Source: a virus
Strand: one strand, 5' to 3'
DNA length: 64,000 nt
Virus record (IMG/VR): IMGVR_UViG_3300028394_000002
Coordinates: 1 to 64,000 of that record
Positions 47,081-58,600 of this stretch are shown piece after piece. Position numbers and translations under genes: made by a program. The notes under the pieces are model-generated. The model had not been told where the DNA came from and ran no database searches. It was given only the letters and a program-made list of their open reading frames with translations. How positions within the stretch are numbered: the stretch's first letter is position 1; each line of letters starts with the position of its first letter.

Positions 47081-48913
47081 ATGACAAAGCAAGAAATACT
47101 TAAAACACACAAGATGACCGAGAAGGAGTTCTACGAGAAGTTTCCTACTCAAGAAGCATATAATCAATTTCAAATGGGAGGTTCTTTATCTCCTAATCAG
47201 AAGTATCAAGGTGGTGGAAGTTTACCTCCGCTTTTACCTGCTTCTGCTGTACCTACTAGTTTAACAGATCCTGTTAAACATTTTACACCGCCTACTACAG
47301 CACCAGCTGCTGCAGCTCCTGCTGCTGCTCCAGGAGGTTTTAAACTTCCTAATCTATCTGGACTTGGTGGAGGTCAACAAGCTCCTCAACAAGCTGGAGC
47401 GGATCCTAATGCCCCTGTTCAAAAGAATATAGGTAAAACTATAGGTAGTGTAGCAGGCGGTATTGCTGGTTCATTTATACCAATTCCTGGAGTAGGTACT
47501 ATGATAGGCGGGGCTGTAGGAGGTGCTATTGGTGGAGCTATAGATAAGAAAACTTATGAAAATAAAATGGAAGACTATAGTGCTGTTAAATCTAGCCAGC
47601 AGAATGCAATGACTTCTAACATAGCTGGTAACTTTAATCCTAGCGCACAAGGTAAGCAGTTTAAGATGGGTGGTAATTTTACAGAGTACCACGGTAATAC
47701 ACATGAGAATGGCGGTATACCTATTGGTAAATCAGAAGTAGAAGGAGGAGAAACTAATCATAATGGTTATATATTTAGTGATACATTACAATTAGGTAAA
47801 AGAACTTTTGCTGATGTAAGTAAAAAGATTAATAACAAGTATTCCAGAAGACCAGATGATAAGATATCTATGGAGTCTAAAGAAAGGGAGTTAGGTAATC
47901 TTATGAAAGTACAAGAAAGTACTGGTATGACTAATAACTCACAAAGTAAGTTTCAAATGGGCGGGCCTAATTGGATGAACAACATTAATAAGTTAACTAA
48001 TCAAGCTAATGATTTTTCTAATTATAAACCTAATGCAGCAACTGGCCCTCTTGAAATTCCAAGCCAGCAAAGTAGTGGATTCTATACTACTGATGATATA
48101 AATTCTAATAAAGAGGCTGTAGGTAATATAGCAAATACATTAGTAACTCAACCAACTGACAGAGGGGCTATTCAAGAAGCAATAGAAAATGAAAGATCTA
48201 GAGTAGGTTTACAAACTACATCTCCTACATTATCTAAATCTTCTGTATCACCAACACCTGCTACTATAACAAATACTAATAAGCCATTACAAACAAAAGT
48301 TAATCCATTAGGTTACCTAGCTAGTACTATAGGCCCTGCTTATGATGTTGCACGAGGTTTAAAAGGTGGTGATCCTGTTAATTTTGATAGGATGAATAGT
48401 AAGTATCAATATGCTGATCCTAGAGGAGCTATGGCTGCTGCTAATAAAGGATTGACATCTGCTTACAACTCAACTAAAAACGCTGCTAGAAATACTACTA
48501 CTAGTGCTGGTGAGTACCTTGCTAATATGGGTATTCTGACTAGTAAAGAAGGTATGGATAGAGCTGCTACTATGGCTGGTATTAAAAGTCAATATGATAT
48601 AGCTAATACACAAGGTTTAAATCAAACTAACTTAACTAAAGATCAGTATAATGCTCAAATTCAAATGAGAGAATCTGAAGCTAGACAGCAAGAACAAGAT
48701 GCAGCTAGAAGTGCTGTAAGTCAAGGTCTACATAACTTTGGGCAAAACTCTTTAGGATATGGTCAAGATAGAGCTATGAATAAAACACAAAACACAATGC
48801 TACCGCTACTTGCAGATGGTTATGAGTATGTTATGGATGCTGATGGTAAGGTGAGTAGTAGAAAGAAAATAAGCGCTAATGATTCTAAAACTCCAGTTAC
48901 ACCAATAGAATAA
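47081..48913 (+). CDS. Cargo/ejection protein with glycine-zipper membrane hairpin
   Basis: GSVAGGIAGSFIPIPGVGTMIGGAVGGAIGG; HENGGI..EVEGGE motif; four [FY]xxGG motifs. Confidence 0.7.
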   Translation: MTKQEILKTHKMTEKEFYEKFPTQEAYNQFQMGGSLSPNQKYQGGGSLPPLLPASAVPTSLTDPVKHFTPPTTAPAAAAPAAAPGGFKLPNLSGLGGGQQAPQQAGADPNAPVQKNIGKTIGSVAGGIAGSFIPIPGVGTMIGGAVGGAIGGAIDKKTYENKMEDYSAVKSSQQNAMTSNIAGNFNPSAQGKQFKMGGNFTEYHGNTHENGGIPIGKSEVEGGETNHNGYIFSDTLQLGKRTFADVSKKINNKYSRRPDDKISMESKERELGNLMKVQESTGMTNNSQSKFQMGGPNWMNNINKLTNQANDFSNYKPNAATGPLEIPSQQSSGFYTTDDINSNKEAVGNIANTLVTQPTDRGAIQEAIENERSRVGLQTTSPTLSKSSVSPTPATITNTNKPLQTKVNPLGYLASTIGPAYDVARGLKGGDPVNFDRMNSKYQYADPRGAMAAANKGLTSAYNSTKNAARNTTTSAGEYLANMGILTSKEGMDRAATMAGIKSQYDIANTQGLNQTNLTKDQYNAQIQMRESEARQQEQDAARSAVSQGLHNFGQNSLGYGQDRAMNKTQNTMLPLLADGYEYVMDADGKVSSRKKISANDSKTPVTPIE

Positions 48914-48950
48914 TCAAATTAATTGATTATATTAATATAAAAACAAAAAT

Positions 48951-50984
48951 ATGAGATTTTTTAAACCAAGTACTACAGAGTATCAATCCCAGTTTTCTCC
49001 TTTAAACCTAGATTTTATGCAAAAGAATCTAGTTCAAAAGGAAGCTAATGATGACGCTGTTGATGACTTATTAGATAAAACAAGCCAACTTCGAGTTAAA
49101 GGCGGAAATTACACAACAACTGAAGAAGAACAAAAGTATAATAACTGGCTAAAAAAAAATACTGATAATGTTAGAAATGGCTTATTAAATAATACTATGG
49201 ATTATAAAGAAGCTTCTAAAAATTTAACTAAAATTATTGAAGTTTATAATACTAATGATACTATTAAAAGAATAAATAATGATGCTGTTTATTCAAAATT
49301 TCAAAATAAAAACTTAGTAGAGGGTAAATTAAATAGAGCTGTTGGTACTAACTTTAATTATTTAGGACAAACTCCAACTTGGAATAAAGTTAATATGTCT
49401 GAAATTACAGATGATCAGCATGCTGCTTTATATAATACTATAGCACCTACTGGTATATATGATAAAGAAAACTATCAGCATCAAATGGATAAGTTTGTTG
49501 GCGATGCTGTTAGTAATCAATTTGATTTAGCTCCTAAAAAGTATGATACACTTACTGGTGTACCTATGGTTGAAATAGGAGATCATAAATACACTAGAGA
49601 AGAACTAAAAGAAGAAAAAGTGAGAGAGTGGGCTAGAAATGTTTGGGAACAAGAAAATAGAAATAGTAACACTCCTTTTATGCAATATCAAAAACAACTA
49701 TACGGATTAAGTGGAGGAGAGTACACTCAACAACAATTTATAGAAGATGCTGCTAATGGTTTTCCTGGTTATTATAAAAGAGAAATAACTCAAGATAATA
49801 AATCTTATCAGCAATTACCAAAAGAAGAAACTAAGAAAGTAGAAGCTACACCTTTAGCTAATAGAGCTTTAACAAAAGGGGCTCAAGTTAATGTTGCAGG
49901 TATTAAAAATATTGATAGCTTTAAAAAGCAAATGAATGAAACTTTAAAGGGTATTACTGTTAGAGAAGTACCTAATGCTTTAGGAAATACTTCACAAGGT
50001 TACACAGGCGGCCCTAGAGAAGAAGGTATATCGTTAGCAGATTGGGATGATAAAAAGTTAGATTTGTTAGAAAAATATTATAGAGCTATAAATCAAGATG
50101 CTGTTGTTGATAATATTATAGCCCCAGCAAGAAAAGGTGGTAAAGATTATTTAAAAGCAATAACTCCTAAATTAATGCAAAAAGCTTTAGACAAGATGGA
50201 AGGTGGTAAATCTATAACTTCACTAGAAAAAGCTTTTAAAGAAATGGTTGAAAGTGGTTATGTAGATGCAAATGCAGCTGTTACAGATTTTAATACTGAG
50301 GGTGTTACAAGTATCATAGATCCTTCAATATTAGGTATACAAGGAAAAGCGGATAAAAATATAACTTTAGAAGATATATCTGCCAGTTTCTTATCGCAAA
50401 ATATATCTATTATAGATGGTAGTACTATGAAAGAATTAACTAAAGGAAATTCTTCAGCTGAATTTTTCAAAAGTTTAGGGTATACATTAGGTACCGATAA
50501 ATTAGCAGATGTTCCTGCTTCAATATATTCGGTAGATCCAGATAATAGTCTAAGAGTAGCTTCAGCAGATAAGACTTCTTGGGGTAATGCAGTAAAAATT
50601 ACTGTCCTTGCTAAAGATGGTACGTTTAAAAATTTCTTTATAAAGGATTTAAAACAAACTTCTAAGAACCCTGATCCAAATATAAGAGAGCAAGAAAATA
50701 CTCAAATAGCTTTCAAAGAAAATGTTAATAATTTAATTAATGATATTCATAGTTTACAATTTGAACCAAATGGTGAAAAAGTTTATTTAGATCCAAACGA
50801 TCCATCTAAATATGTTTATGCTATAAGAGAGAAAGATAAGCAGGGTAGATTTAAAGCTTATTGGTACCATTCAGATAATCCTAATAGAAAATATACTAAC
50901 TCAGAAGCTGTTACTAGATATAGTTTAAAATTAGATGTAGATAAAGGCGATTATCTAGATAAACCTGCTGCTGGAAAAAAGTAG
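48951..50984 (+). CDS. Cargo/ejection protein (short form; ends at slippery site)
   Basis: 677 aa; ends GGA AAA AAG TAG. Confidence 0.8.
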   Translation: MRFFKPSTTEYQSQFSPLNLDFMQKNLVQKEANDDAVDDLLDKTSQLRVKGGNYTTTEEEQKYNNWLKKNTDNVRNGLLNNTMDYKEASKNLTKIIEVYNTNDTIKRINNDAVYSKFQNKNLVEGKLNRAVGTNFNYLGQTPTWNKVNMSEITDDQHAALYNTIAPTGIYDKENYQHQMDKFVGDAVSNQFDLAPKKYDTLTGVPMVEIGDHKYTREELKEEKVREWARNVWEQENRNSNTPFMQYQKQLYGLSGGEYTQQQFIEDAANGFPGYYKREITQDNKSYQQLPKEETKKVEATPLANRALTKGAQVNVAGIKNIDSFKKQMNETLKGITVREVPNALGNTSQGYTGGPREEGISLADWDDKKLDLLEKYYRAINQDAVVDNIIAPARKGGKDYLKAITPKLMQKALDKMEGGKSITSLEKAFKEMVESGYVDANAAVTDFNTEGVTSIIDPSILGIQGKADKNITLEDISASFLSQNISIIDGSTMKELTKGNSSAEFFKSLGYTLGTDKLADVPASIYSVDPDNSLRVASADKTSWGNAVKITVLAKDGTFKNFFIKDLKQTSKNPDPNIREQENTQIAFKENVNNLINDIHSLQFEPNGEKVYLDPNDPSKYVYAIREKDKQGRFKAYWYHSDNPNRKYTNSEAVTRYSLKLDVDKGDYLDKPAAGKK

Positions 50985-51030
50985 AAACTTCAGTAGAAAC
51001 TAAAGCTCGCCCTACTGGAGTTACGAGAGC
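50975..51030 (+). promoter_or_regulatory. Programmed -1 ribosomal frameshift signal
   Basis: A_AAA_AAG heptamer 50975-81; stem AACTTCAGTAG/CTACTGGAGTT (50986-96/51012-22); loop GCTC can pair with GAGC 51027-30. Confidence 0.8.
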
Positions 51031-52612
51031 AGAATTTAATAACAACCCTGGGAATTTAAAAGGGTGGGACCCTAAATTACCTAAAGATAAGGGAGGGTTT
51101 GATCAATTTACAACATTAGAAAATGGTTGGAGTGCTTTAAATAGGCAAGTTAAAAAAGATGCGCTACCTGAAAGAAAGCATACTGTTGATACATTTCTTG
51201 AAAAATATGCACCAGCTTCAGATAACAATAATCATGAAGGGTATGTAAATTACTTTACAGAGAGTGTAAATCAAGCTGCTAAACAATTAGGTAAAGTTAT
51301 AAATGTTAATTCAACTACACCTTTAAAAACTATAGTAGATACTATAGGAGAGAAAGAAGTAGCTAAAATTATATCTAAAAAAGAAGATGGTAAAACTTAT
51401 AAAAAGTTAGAGCAAGCTAATTTCTTTGAAACTAAACCTGTAGTTAAACCGACAGTGGCTGCTAAAAGAGATTTAAGTTTTATACCAACTAAAAAACCTA
51501 CTAAAGTACCAGTAGCTAAAACACCTGTTAAAGAAGAATCAACATTACAGGCATTTGAAAAAAGTGTGATAAGCACATCTACTGCTATAGGAAATGCTGC
51601 AGAAGATGTTACACAATGGGCTAAAAGAGCAATGGTTAAACAAGGATTAGCAAATCCTGATGTAGATATAATAAAAGCTAAAAAAGTAACTTTTACTAAA
51701 CCTACTACAAAAGCAACTGATGAAGTTGAAGCTCGTTTTGAATTATTAGGTGATGTTCCTGCTCAAAAAAATTCTAAAGAAGATAAATATTTTTCATATT
51801 ATAATAAGTTTGATAGGAACAAAGGATTTAATTATGTACCTGTAAAAAATGTAGGCGCTAGTGATGTTAATACATCATATAAAAATGTTGCAGGTATAGC
51901 TCATTTTATTTTAGATACAGATTTAGCAAGTAATACACAACATAAATATGGTAAAGGTTATGTAGATGAAAATTTAAAAGGAAATCCAATAGCAAAGGGT
52001 TCTACAGTTACAGATCCATTTGTTGTAGAAGTAACTAAAAATGAAGATAAAGTTAATATAAAGTACAAACGATTATCTGAAGTTACAGATAAATCTAAAG
52101 TTAAAACACCTTTAAGACAATTAAGATACACAGATTTAGATTGGGATGGGAAAACCGAAGTTGTATTTACTTATGATGATAAAGGAAAAAGACATAGTTC
52201 TTTTAAAAGTTCAATTAAAAGTATACCTGTAAAAGTTCCTTATGATGTTTATAATCCTATCACAAAGAAAAATGAAAAATCTACTTCTACAGATTTTATA
52301 TTTCCTAATGTAGCTAATGGTAAAGATAGTTATAATAAATTTGGTGGAGGTTCTGTAGTATTTTTAGCTAACAATAAAAAATTTGCAATAGATTTTGCAG
52401 GATCTATTAATCAAATTAAACAAACTGCTGAACAAATTATAAAACAAGAAAATATTAAACCTGAAGATTTAATTATTGCTTATCATGATTTAGGAAGTTT
52501 TTCAGCTAAACCTAAAGCCAGAAAAAATAATACTCTAAGTTTTTATCAATGGTCTGATTTTAATAACCAAGGTTATACAGGAGGAGCATTAGCAATACCT
52601 ATTAATAAATAA
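50981..52612 (+). CDS. -1 frame extension (543 aa) beginning with an NNPGN lysozyme-like domain; includes track ORF 51455..52612
   Basis: Frame open from 50963 to 52612 with no ATG/GTG/TTG before 51455; RAEFNNNPGNL..F.TLENGWSAL..TVDTFLEKYAPASDNNNHEGYV. Confidence 0.8.
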   Translation, partial: VETSVETKARPTGVTRAEFNNNPGNLKGWDPKLPKDKGGFDQFTTLENGWSALNRQVKKDALPERKHTVDTFLEKYAPASDNNNHEGYVNYFTESVNQAAKQLGKVINVNSTTPLKTIVDTIGEKEVAKIISKKEDGKTYKKLEQANFFETKPVVKPTVAAKRDLSFIPTKKPTKVPVAKTPVKEESTLQAFEKSVISTSTAIGNAAEDVTQWAKRAMVKQGLANPDVDIIKAKKVTFTKPTTKATDEVEARFELLGDVPAQKNSKEDKYFSYYNKFDRNKGFNYVPVKNVGASDVNTSYKNVAGIAHFILDTDLASNTQHKYGKGYVDENLKGNPIAKGSTVTDPFVVEVTKNEDKVNIKYKRLSEVTDKSKVKTPLRQLRYTDLDWDGKTEVVFTYDDKGKRHSSFKSSIKSIPVKVPYDVYNPITKKNEKSTSTDFIFPNVANGKDSYNKFGGGSVVFLANNKKFAIDFAGSINQIKQTAEQIIKQENIKPEDLIIAYHDLGSFSAKPKARKNNTLSFYQWSDFNNQGYTGGALAIPINK

Positions 52613-52617
52613 ACAAT

Positions 52618-55600
52618 ATGCCAGAAAATAATAACCCCTCATTTGATATAAATTTTTTACTAGCAAATGCGCAGAGTCAAGGAATAATAGGCTCTCCTTA
52701 TAAAAATAGACAGTCGTTAATATTACCTACTGAAGAAGTTAGTCAGTATGATCAAGGGTATATGGTACCATTTGAAGGTGATCCTATGGATTCTTTTTAT
52801 GAGCATAGAGCTATTAATCAGCCAGGTATTGATCAACTTGCTAATGGTGTAGTTAAAGGAGCTGGACTAGCTGTTACTACATTTGCAGATACTTTTGGAG
52901 GGACTGTATATGGAATAGGTAATATGATTGCTAAAGGTGCAGCTGGAGATATAGAATCAGGTGGAGATTTATTAAATGCTTTTGTTGACAATCCTTTTAG
53001 TAATGCTATGCAGGATTTTAATGAAGGGATGGAAAGTGCTTTTGCAAACTACAGAACTAAAGCTGAACAAGAAGGCGGATTATTAGATCAAATGTTTGAT
53101 GCTGATAAAGCAGCTAACTTTTGGGGTGATATGTTTATTAAGAATCTAGGGTTTGCTGGAGGAGCTATGGCTGCTGGTATGGTTAGCGGTAATTTATTTA
53201 GTAATTTAGGCAAAGCTTTTACTCAAAAGAAAGAAGTAGAGTTATTTAATAAAATGACTAAATCTATTGCTACTGGAGAGGCTAAAAATATAGATGAAGC
53301 TATTGCATTATTACAGCAAGCTCCTGAGTTAACTAATACAACAGCTGCTACTGTTAAAGGTATGCTTGAATCAGGCGCTAAGACTTACAGAAATTGGAAT
53401 AGGGCTAATCAAATAACTTCCTCTGCTATAGCTGCAACTGGTGAAGCTAGGATAGAAGCTTTAGGTAATGGCAGACAATTCTATGATACCAACAAAAAAG
53501 CTTTAGATGAAGAATACTTTGACCCTACAACTAATAGAATTAAAGCTGGTAAGGAGCAAGAGTACGAAGAGAAGTTAAAAAGTCTTGATGAGAATGTTAA
53601 AGGATTTCAGAATGCTGAATTTCTTTGGAACTCTGTATTATTAACAGCTAGTAACTTTGCTGGGTATAGAGATATGTTTGCAAAAAACTATGCTTTAAAT
53701 GCTAAGAGATTTGAAAACAGTATTAAGATGACTGCTTTAAATGAGTTAAAAGCTGGAGAGAACATAGCTACTGCTATTAAACCTAAATGGTATAGCACTT
53801 TAGGTAAAGCTGCTATATCTTCTAATAGAGAAGGTATGGAAGAGTTTTTCCAAGGTGTAGTACAAAAGTCTGCTGAAGATTACTATTCAGGTAAATTTAC
53901 AGGAGCTAAGCAAGGAGGTATTACAGATATTATTAGTAGTGTTGGCCAAGGTCTATCTAATTCTACTAATCAAGAAGGTCTTACTAATTATTTTTTAGGG
54001 GCCCTTACTGGATTAATAATGCCTGGTGCAGGACTTTACCAATCTTTTAAAGATGCTAACACTGAAAATGTAGAAGCACAAGAAAGAGCTGGTGAAATTA
54101 ATAAAGCTTTTAATGAGTACTCAGCAGAGTTAAAACAAGATCCTACTAGAACTATTATTAACTTCCAAGAGATGTTAAATAGAAGTGCTAATTTAGATCA
54201 AGCACAACAACAAGCCTTACTAAGTAGTGATAAATATAACTATGAATCTTTAAAACATGAGAAGTTTTATAATTTAGCTAATGCTTATATCAAAGCTGGT
54301 AAATATGAAGAGCTTTCTGATATGTTAAAAGATGAAACTAAATTGTCTGCTGATGATATTAGGAATAAGTATACTATACCAGTAGACCCTAAAGATGAAA
54401 CTAAAGGTAAAAAAAGTTTTTTTGATGCTAAATGGAGTGATGATGAGGTAATGACTTACATTAGAAAACAATCTAGCACTAATTTAAAAGCTGTTGAAGA
54501 TTTAAAAAATGTTACTGAAGATTTAGAAGCTATGTTTGGTGAACAAATAGCTTTAGTTTCTGATGGAGATAAAACTAAACAAGTAGCTATTAAAGATATT
54601 TTAAATAGAAGTTTATATTTAGGTGAAACTCAGGATAAACGAATTATAGATGTTTATAATGAAGTTACTGCTACTATTATGAAGGTAACTAATAATGCTT
54701 ATGTATTAGCAGATTTTAGTCAACTAAATCCAACTACTATTAAAAATTTAACCACTGAAGATTTAGATAAATTAGATGGGGCTATTGATTCTATTGCTAA
54801 ATTAAATATTTCAAAAATAGAACAATTAGACTTAATAGAAAAGCTAAATGATTTAACCCAATTAATAGGGGAAAGAAAAGCAATGAACTCTGCTTGGATT
54901 AGATTAACTAATAATAACTTTACTCAAACTTTAAATATTATAGCTAAGGCTGATAAAGAAGCTGTTGATACTAAAGCAGCTGAAGAGGCTAAACAACTAT
55001 CTGATAAAGAAAAGATTAACATAGTTAGAGAAAATTCTAAAAGAGCTGGTTGGGTAGATAAAGGAGGTAATGGAATTATTGGTAATCAATTTGTTATGAA
55101 GGTTGCTGGTAAAAATACTGCATTTGAATTAGTGCCTATTAATATAACAGAGCTAAGAAAAGAGTTTGAAGATGAAAAAAATAAAGCGTTAGAAGGTTTA
55201 GATCCTATTACTGATAAAGAAAAGATAGCTGATATTATACAAAAGTATAATGATAAGCTACAAAGTATTATAGAGGATAGAAAGACTAAAGGATTACTAT
55301 TAAAAAATATTAAAACTGGAGAATACGTTAAAAATAAAAAAGGTGTACTACAGTTATTTAATGAGGAGTTTATAGTTAAATACTTTGATAAAATAAATTT
55401 TGTTAATAAACAACAAACTTTAATTAATAAAGTAAAGTCTACAGCTATTAAAACTAATGCTGCTAAAATTAAAGCATTAGAAGCAGTTGCTAACACTTTA
55501 AATAAAGAGATTATAACTACTATAGAGGAAGCTAAAAAAGTATTACTTGAGCAAAATGCTTTAAAAGAAGAGTTAGCTTTTCAAAAAGAGTATTATAAAC

Positions 55601-58600
55601 TTGTTGGTAATATTAAAGAGAAAGGAGCTATTAACAAATCTATAAAAGCTCTAGAACAAAGAATAGCTGAATTAGAAAAAGTTAAAGAGGATATATCTAG
55701 AGTATTTAATCAACTAGCTTCTCAAAAGAATGATTTATTATTAGTCGTTGAAGAAATGAAAGACTCTTTTAAAAAGGGCCTAGATTTTTCTTTAAATGAG
55801 TTTTTAGAAAAGTTAGATCAAATGAACTTAGAGTCTATTGATAAGATATGGGCTAAAAAACTTTCTAAAGATTTAGAAGAGTTAGCTAATACTGATGATA
55901 TAGATTATGCTTTAAATCAACTTAGTATATTAAAAGATAATGTTACTGAACAAATTGCAGCATTAAGAAAACAAGTTGAACTATTACAAACTGCTATAAA
56001 TGAATCTGATGATTTTAAAAATTGGGTATTTGCTACTAAAATAGATGACTTACCTCAATGGTTTAAAGTTAAGTGGAAAGTTGCTGATAAATATAATTTA
56101 ACAACAGCTGAATTATTAGAAGATCCTAAAATTAGAGCTTTAGCAGATTATATATTTAAAAAGTTTGCTACTACTTATAATCTTACAATTGAAGAAGCTA
56201 GAGCTGAATTTAATAAAGATTTAGAAGAGATAAATTTAAATTTAAATTATGTAAATAGACAATCATTAGAAAATGAAGCTGTAGTTACTAAACAACAATT
56301 AGCTGAATTAGAACAAAATTTAATTGATATTAATAATCTAATTAGATTTAATAATAATAGAAAGTTATTTGAAAATTTAAATAACGCACTACAATCTATA
56401 AAAATAGAATATTCTACTATTCTTAATAGAGATAGAAAAGATGAAATTAGTAATTTACCTGATTCACAAAAAGCAGGTGATGAAGAATTTAATCCTAAAC
56501 CTATTCATACAGAAATTGCTAGTAGAGTTTTAAATAGTAATGCTCTATCTGACCATTTATTTTATACTACTAATATGACTGTAGAGTATGAAACTAATGC
56601 TGAAGGTAAGTTAGAAACAGTTTATGATGCAGATGGTTATCCAGTTATTAATAAAAATGAAGATTCTATAAGATGGAATAACTTCTTAGAACAAAATACT
56701 CCTGATATAACTAATTCTAAATATGTTTTAAGAACATATCTTTTATCTGGTGCTAAGATACCTGCTGATTTAAAAATAGATGCTTTAAAACGTATTTCTA
56801 ATGGTGGAGGAATTCATGATCCAGCAAATGATATAGTTACTGTATTAGTAAATACTGCTGATGGAGAGTTTGTTAAGTCAGATGATCAAGGTGAAGTATC
56901 TAAAACTGGTAAGTATGTGTATACATTTTTACCTAAAGCAGATACTTTAATAGATAATAAAGGTAAAAGTAAAGTTAACTTAAATGCATTAGTAAATTTC
57001 TTTATGCGTAATGCTAGTATGGAAGTTAAAGACCCTACTAACATTCATTTAACAGATCCTACTAAGTATATTACTGTTGGAGAAAAGAAATTAACTCCTT
57101 CACAATTTAAAGAGTTAGTAACAAATTTTGCTAAAGCTAACTATAACGAGTTTATAGCAGAGTTAAAAGCTAATATGGAAGCTAATGAAACTACTTATTT
57201 AAAAGCTCCTGGAGTTACTAATGGTATTCTTTTAACTAGAGAATCTAATAAAGATGTTGCTAAATCTCCTATGAGTTCAGTAGCTGAAGTATTAAAAAAC
57301 AAAAGAGGTCTTGATTCTCAAAAACCAGAAGACTTAGAGAATATAGGTGTTTATGTAATTGATAATAGTGAGGTTTGGGAAATACCAGGTTCTGGAATTA
57401 AAATTAAAAATGGAAAGAAAGGAGCTGTTATAGTTTATAATAAAAAAACTAAAGAGTATTTCTATGCTAACCAAAGAAAGATATCTACAGAAGATAAGAA
57501 ACTTATTATATACTACTTACAACAATCTAGGACACAAACAGAAAGTAGTCTTAGTGAGAAAAAGTTAAATATTGGTAATGATGGTAAGAGTTACTATATA
57601 GCTGATAATATGGGTAATAATGAGAAAGTTACAGATGTACCTATATTTGGTAAAACTGGTACTTTATCATTAATGAATAATATTATATTTTGGGGAGGTT
57701 CTAAAAATCCAGGTAGTAAGAACACTATTTACTTAAAGAGTAATAAAGTATATTTCTCAAACCCTAATCAAGGTTGGGCTATTACTGCTATTGATTTAGC
57801 TAATTTAGATAACCCTAAGTATAATTTAGATTTTATGGCTTTCTTAGATACTAAAAGACATAACATATCTAAGAATATGTTTGCTACAAATAAATTTTAC
57901 AAGCACCCTTATATAAATGGTAAAGGAGAATTAGCTTGGAAAACTTATCCAAATGGCTATAAAGAGTTCTTATTAAACTCTAAAGATCCAATTTTAATTA
58001 CAAATGCTGTTAGTTCTAATAGTAAATATAATGGTAATAAGATGCTATTTGCTTCTAAAAATGTTATATTAGATAGTTCTAATAATGGTAAACCTAAAAT
58101 ATTAAATAAACTACAAACTCAACCTGAACCTGAACCTGCTCCTAAACCAGCTTCAACTCCTGGCGCTAAACCTTCATCAGGCCCAGCTGCTGGAAAAGAT
58201 GCTCCTACTGAGGTGGAATTTGATGAAAACAAAATAGTATTTGGAGGAAATCTTCCAGCAGGTTTAAGAGGTGCTAGTGCTTCTGCAACTCCTGTGCCAA
58301 CAGCTAAAAATTTATTTGAAGAAGTAGTAGAAGCTCATTATGGTAGTTTTATATATCAAAGTAGTAAATTTACAGAACAAGCTGGATTAAGAGCACCTGA
58401 AATTTATGGTACTAATTTTGAAAAAGTTTTTAGAAGTATAATTAAAAACAAAGGTTTAGATTCAATTATTAGAGCTGCATTATTTAGTAGAATAGGATTT
58501 ATTTTTGAAAATAGACTTACAAATAAAACGACAGGTATTCAAGAACTAGTTGAATATATTAACAAAAGCTTTAATTTAAATATTAAAATTGATAGCAAAA

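Noticed and set aside
50982-51060. Amber readthrough or TAG reassignment at the end of the 677-aa cargo gene (known in some crAss-like phages)
   Set aside because: The zero frame hits another TAG after 3 codons and TAA soon after. All long genes are intact in code 11. The coding continuation is in the -1 frame.
51455-52612. Independent 385-aa gene starting at GTG 51455
   Set aside because: The frame is open and clearly coding for ~160 codons upstream, so it is better explained as a frameshift extension. Independent initiation is not strictly excluded.
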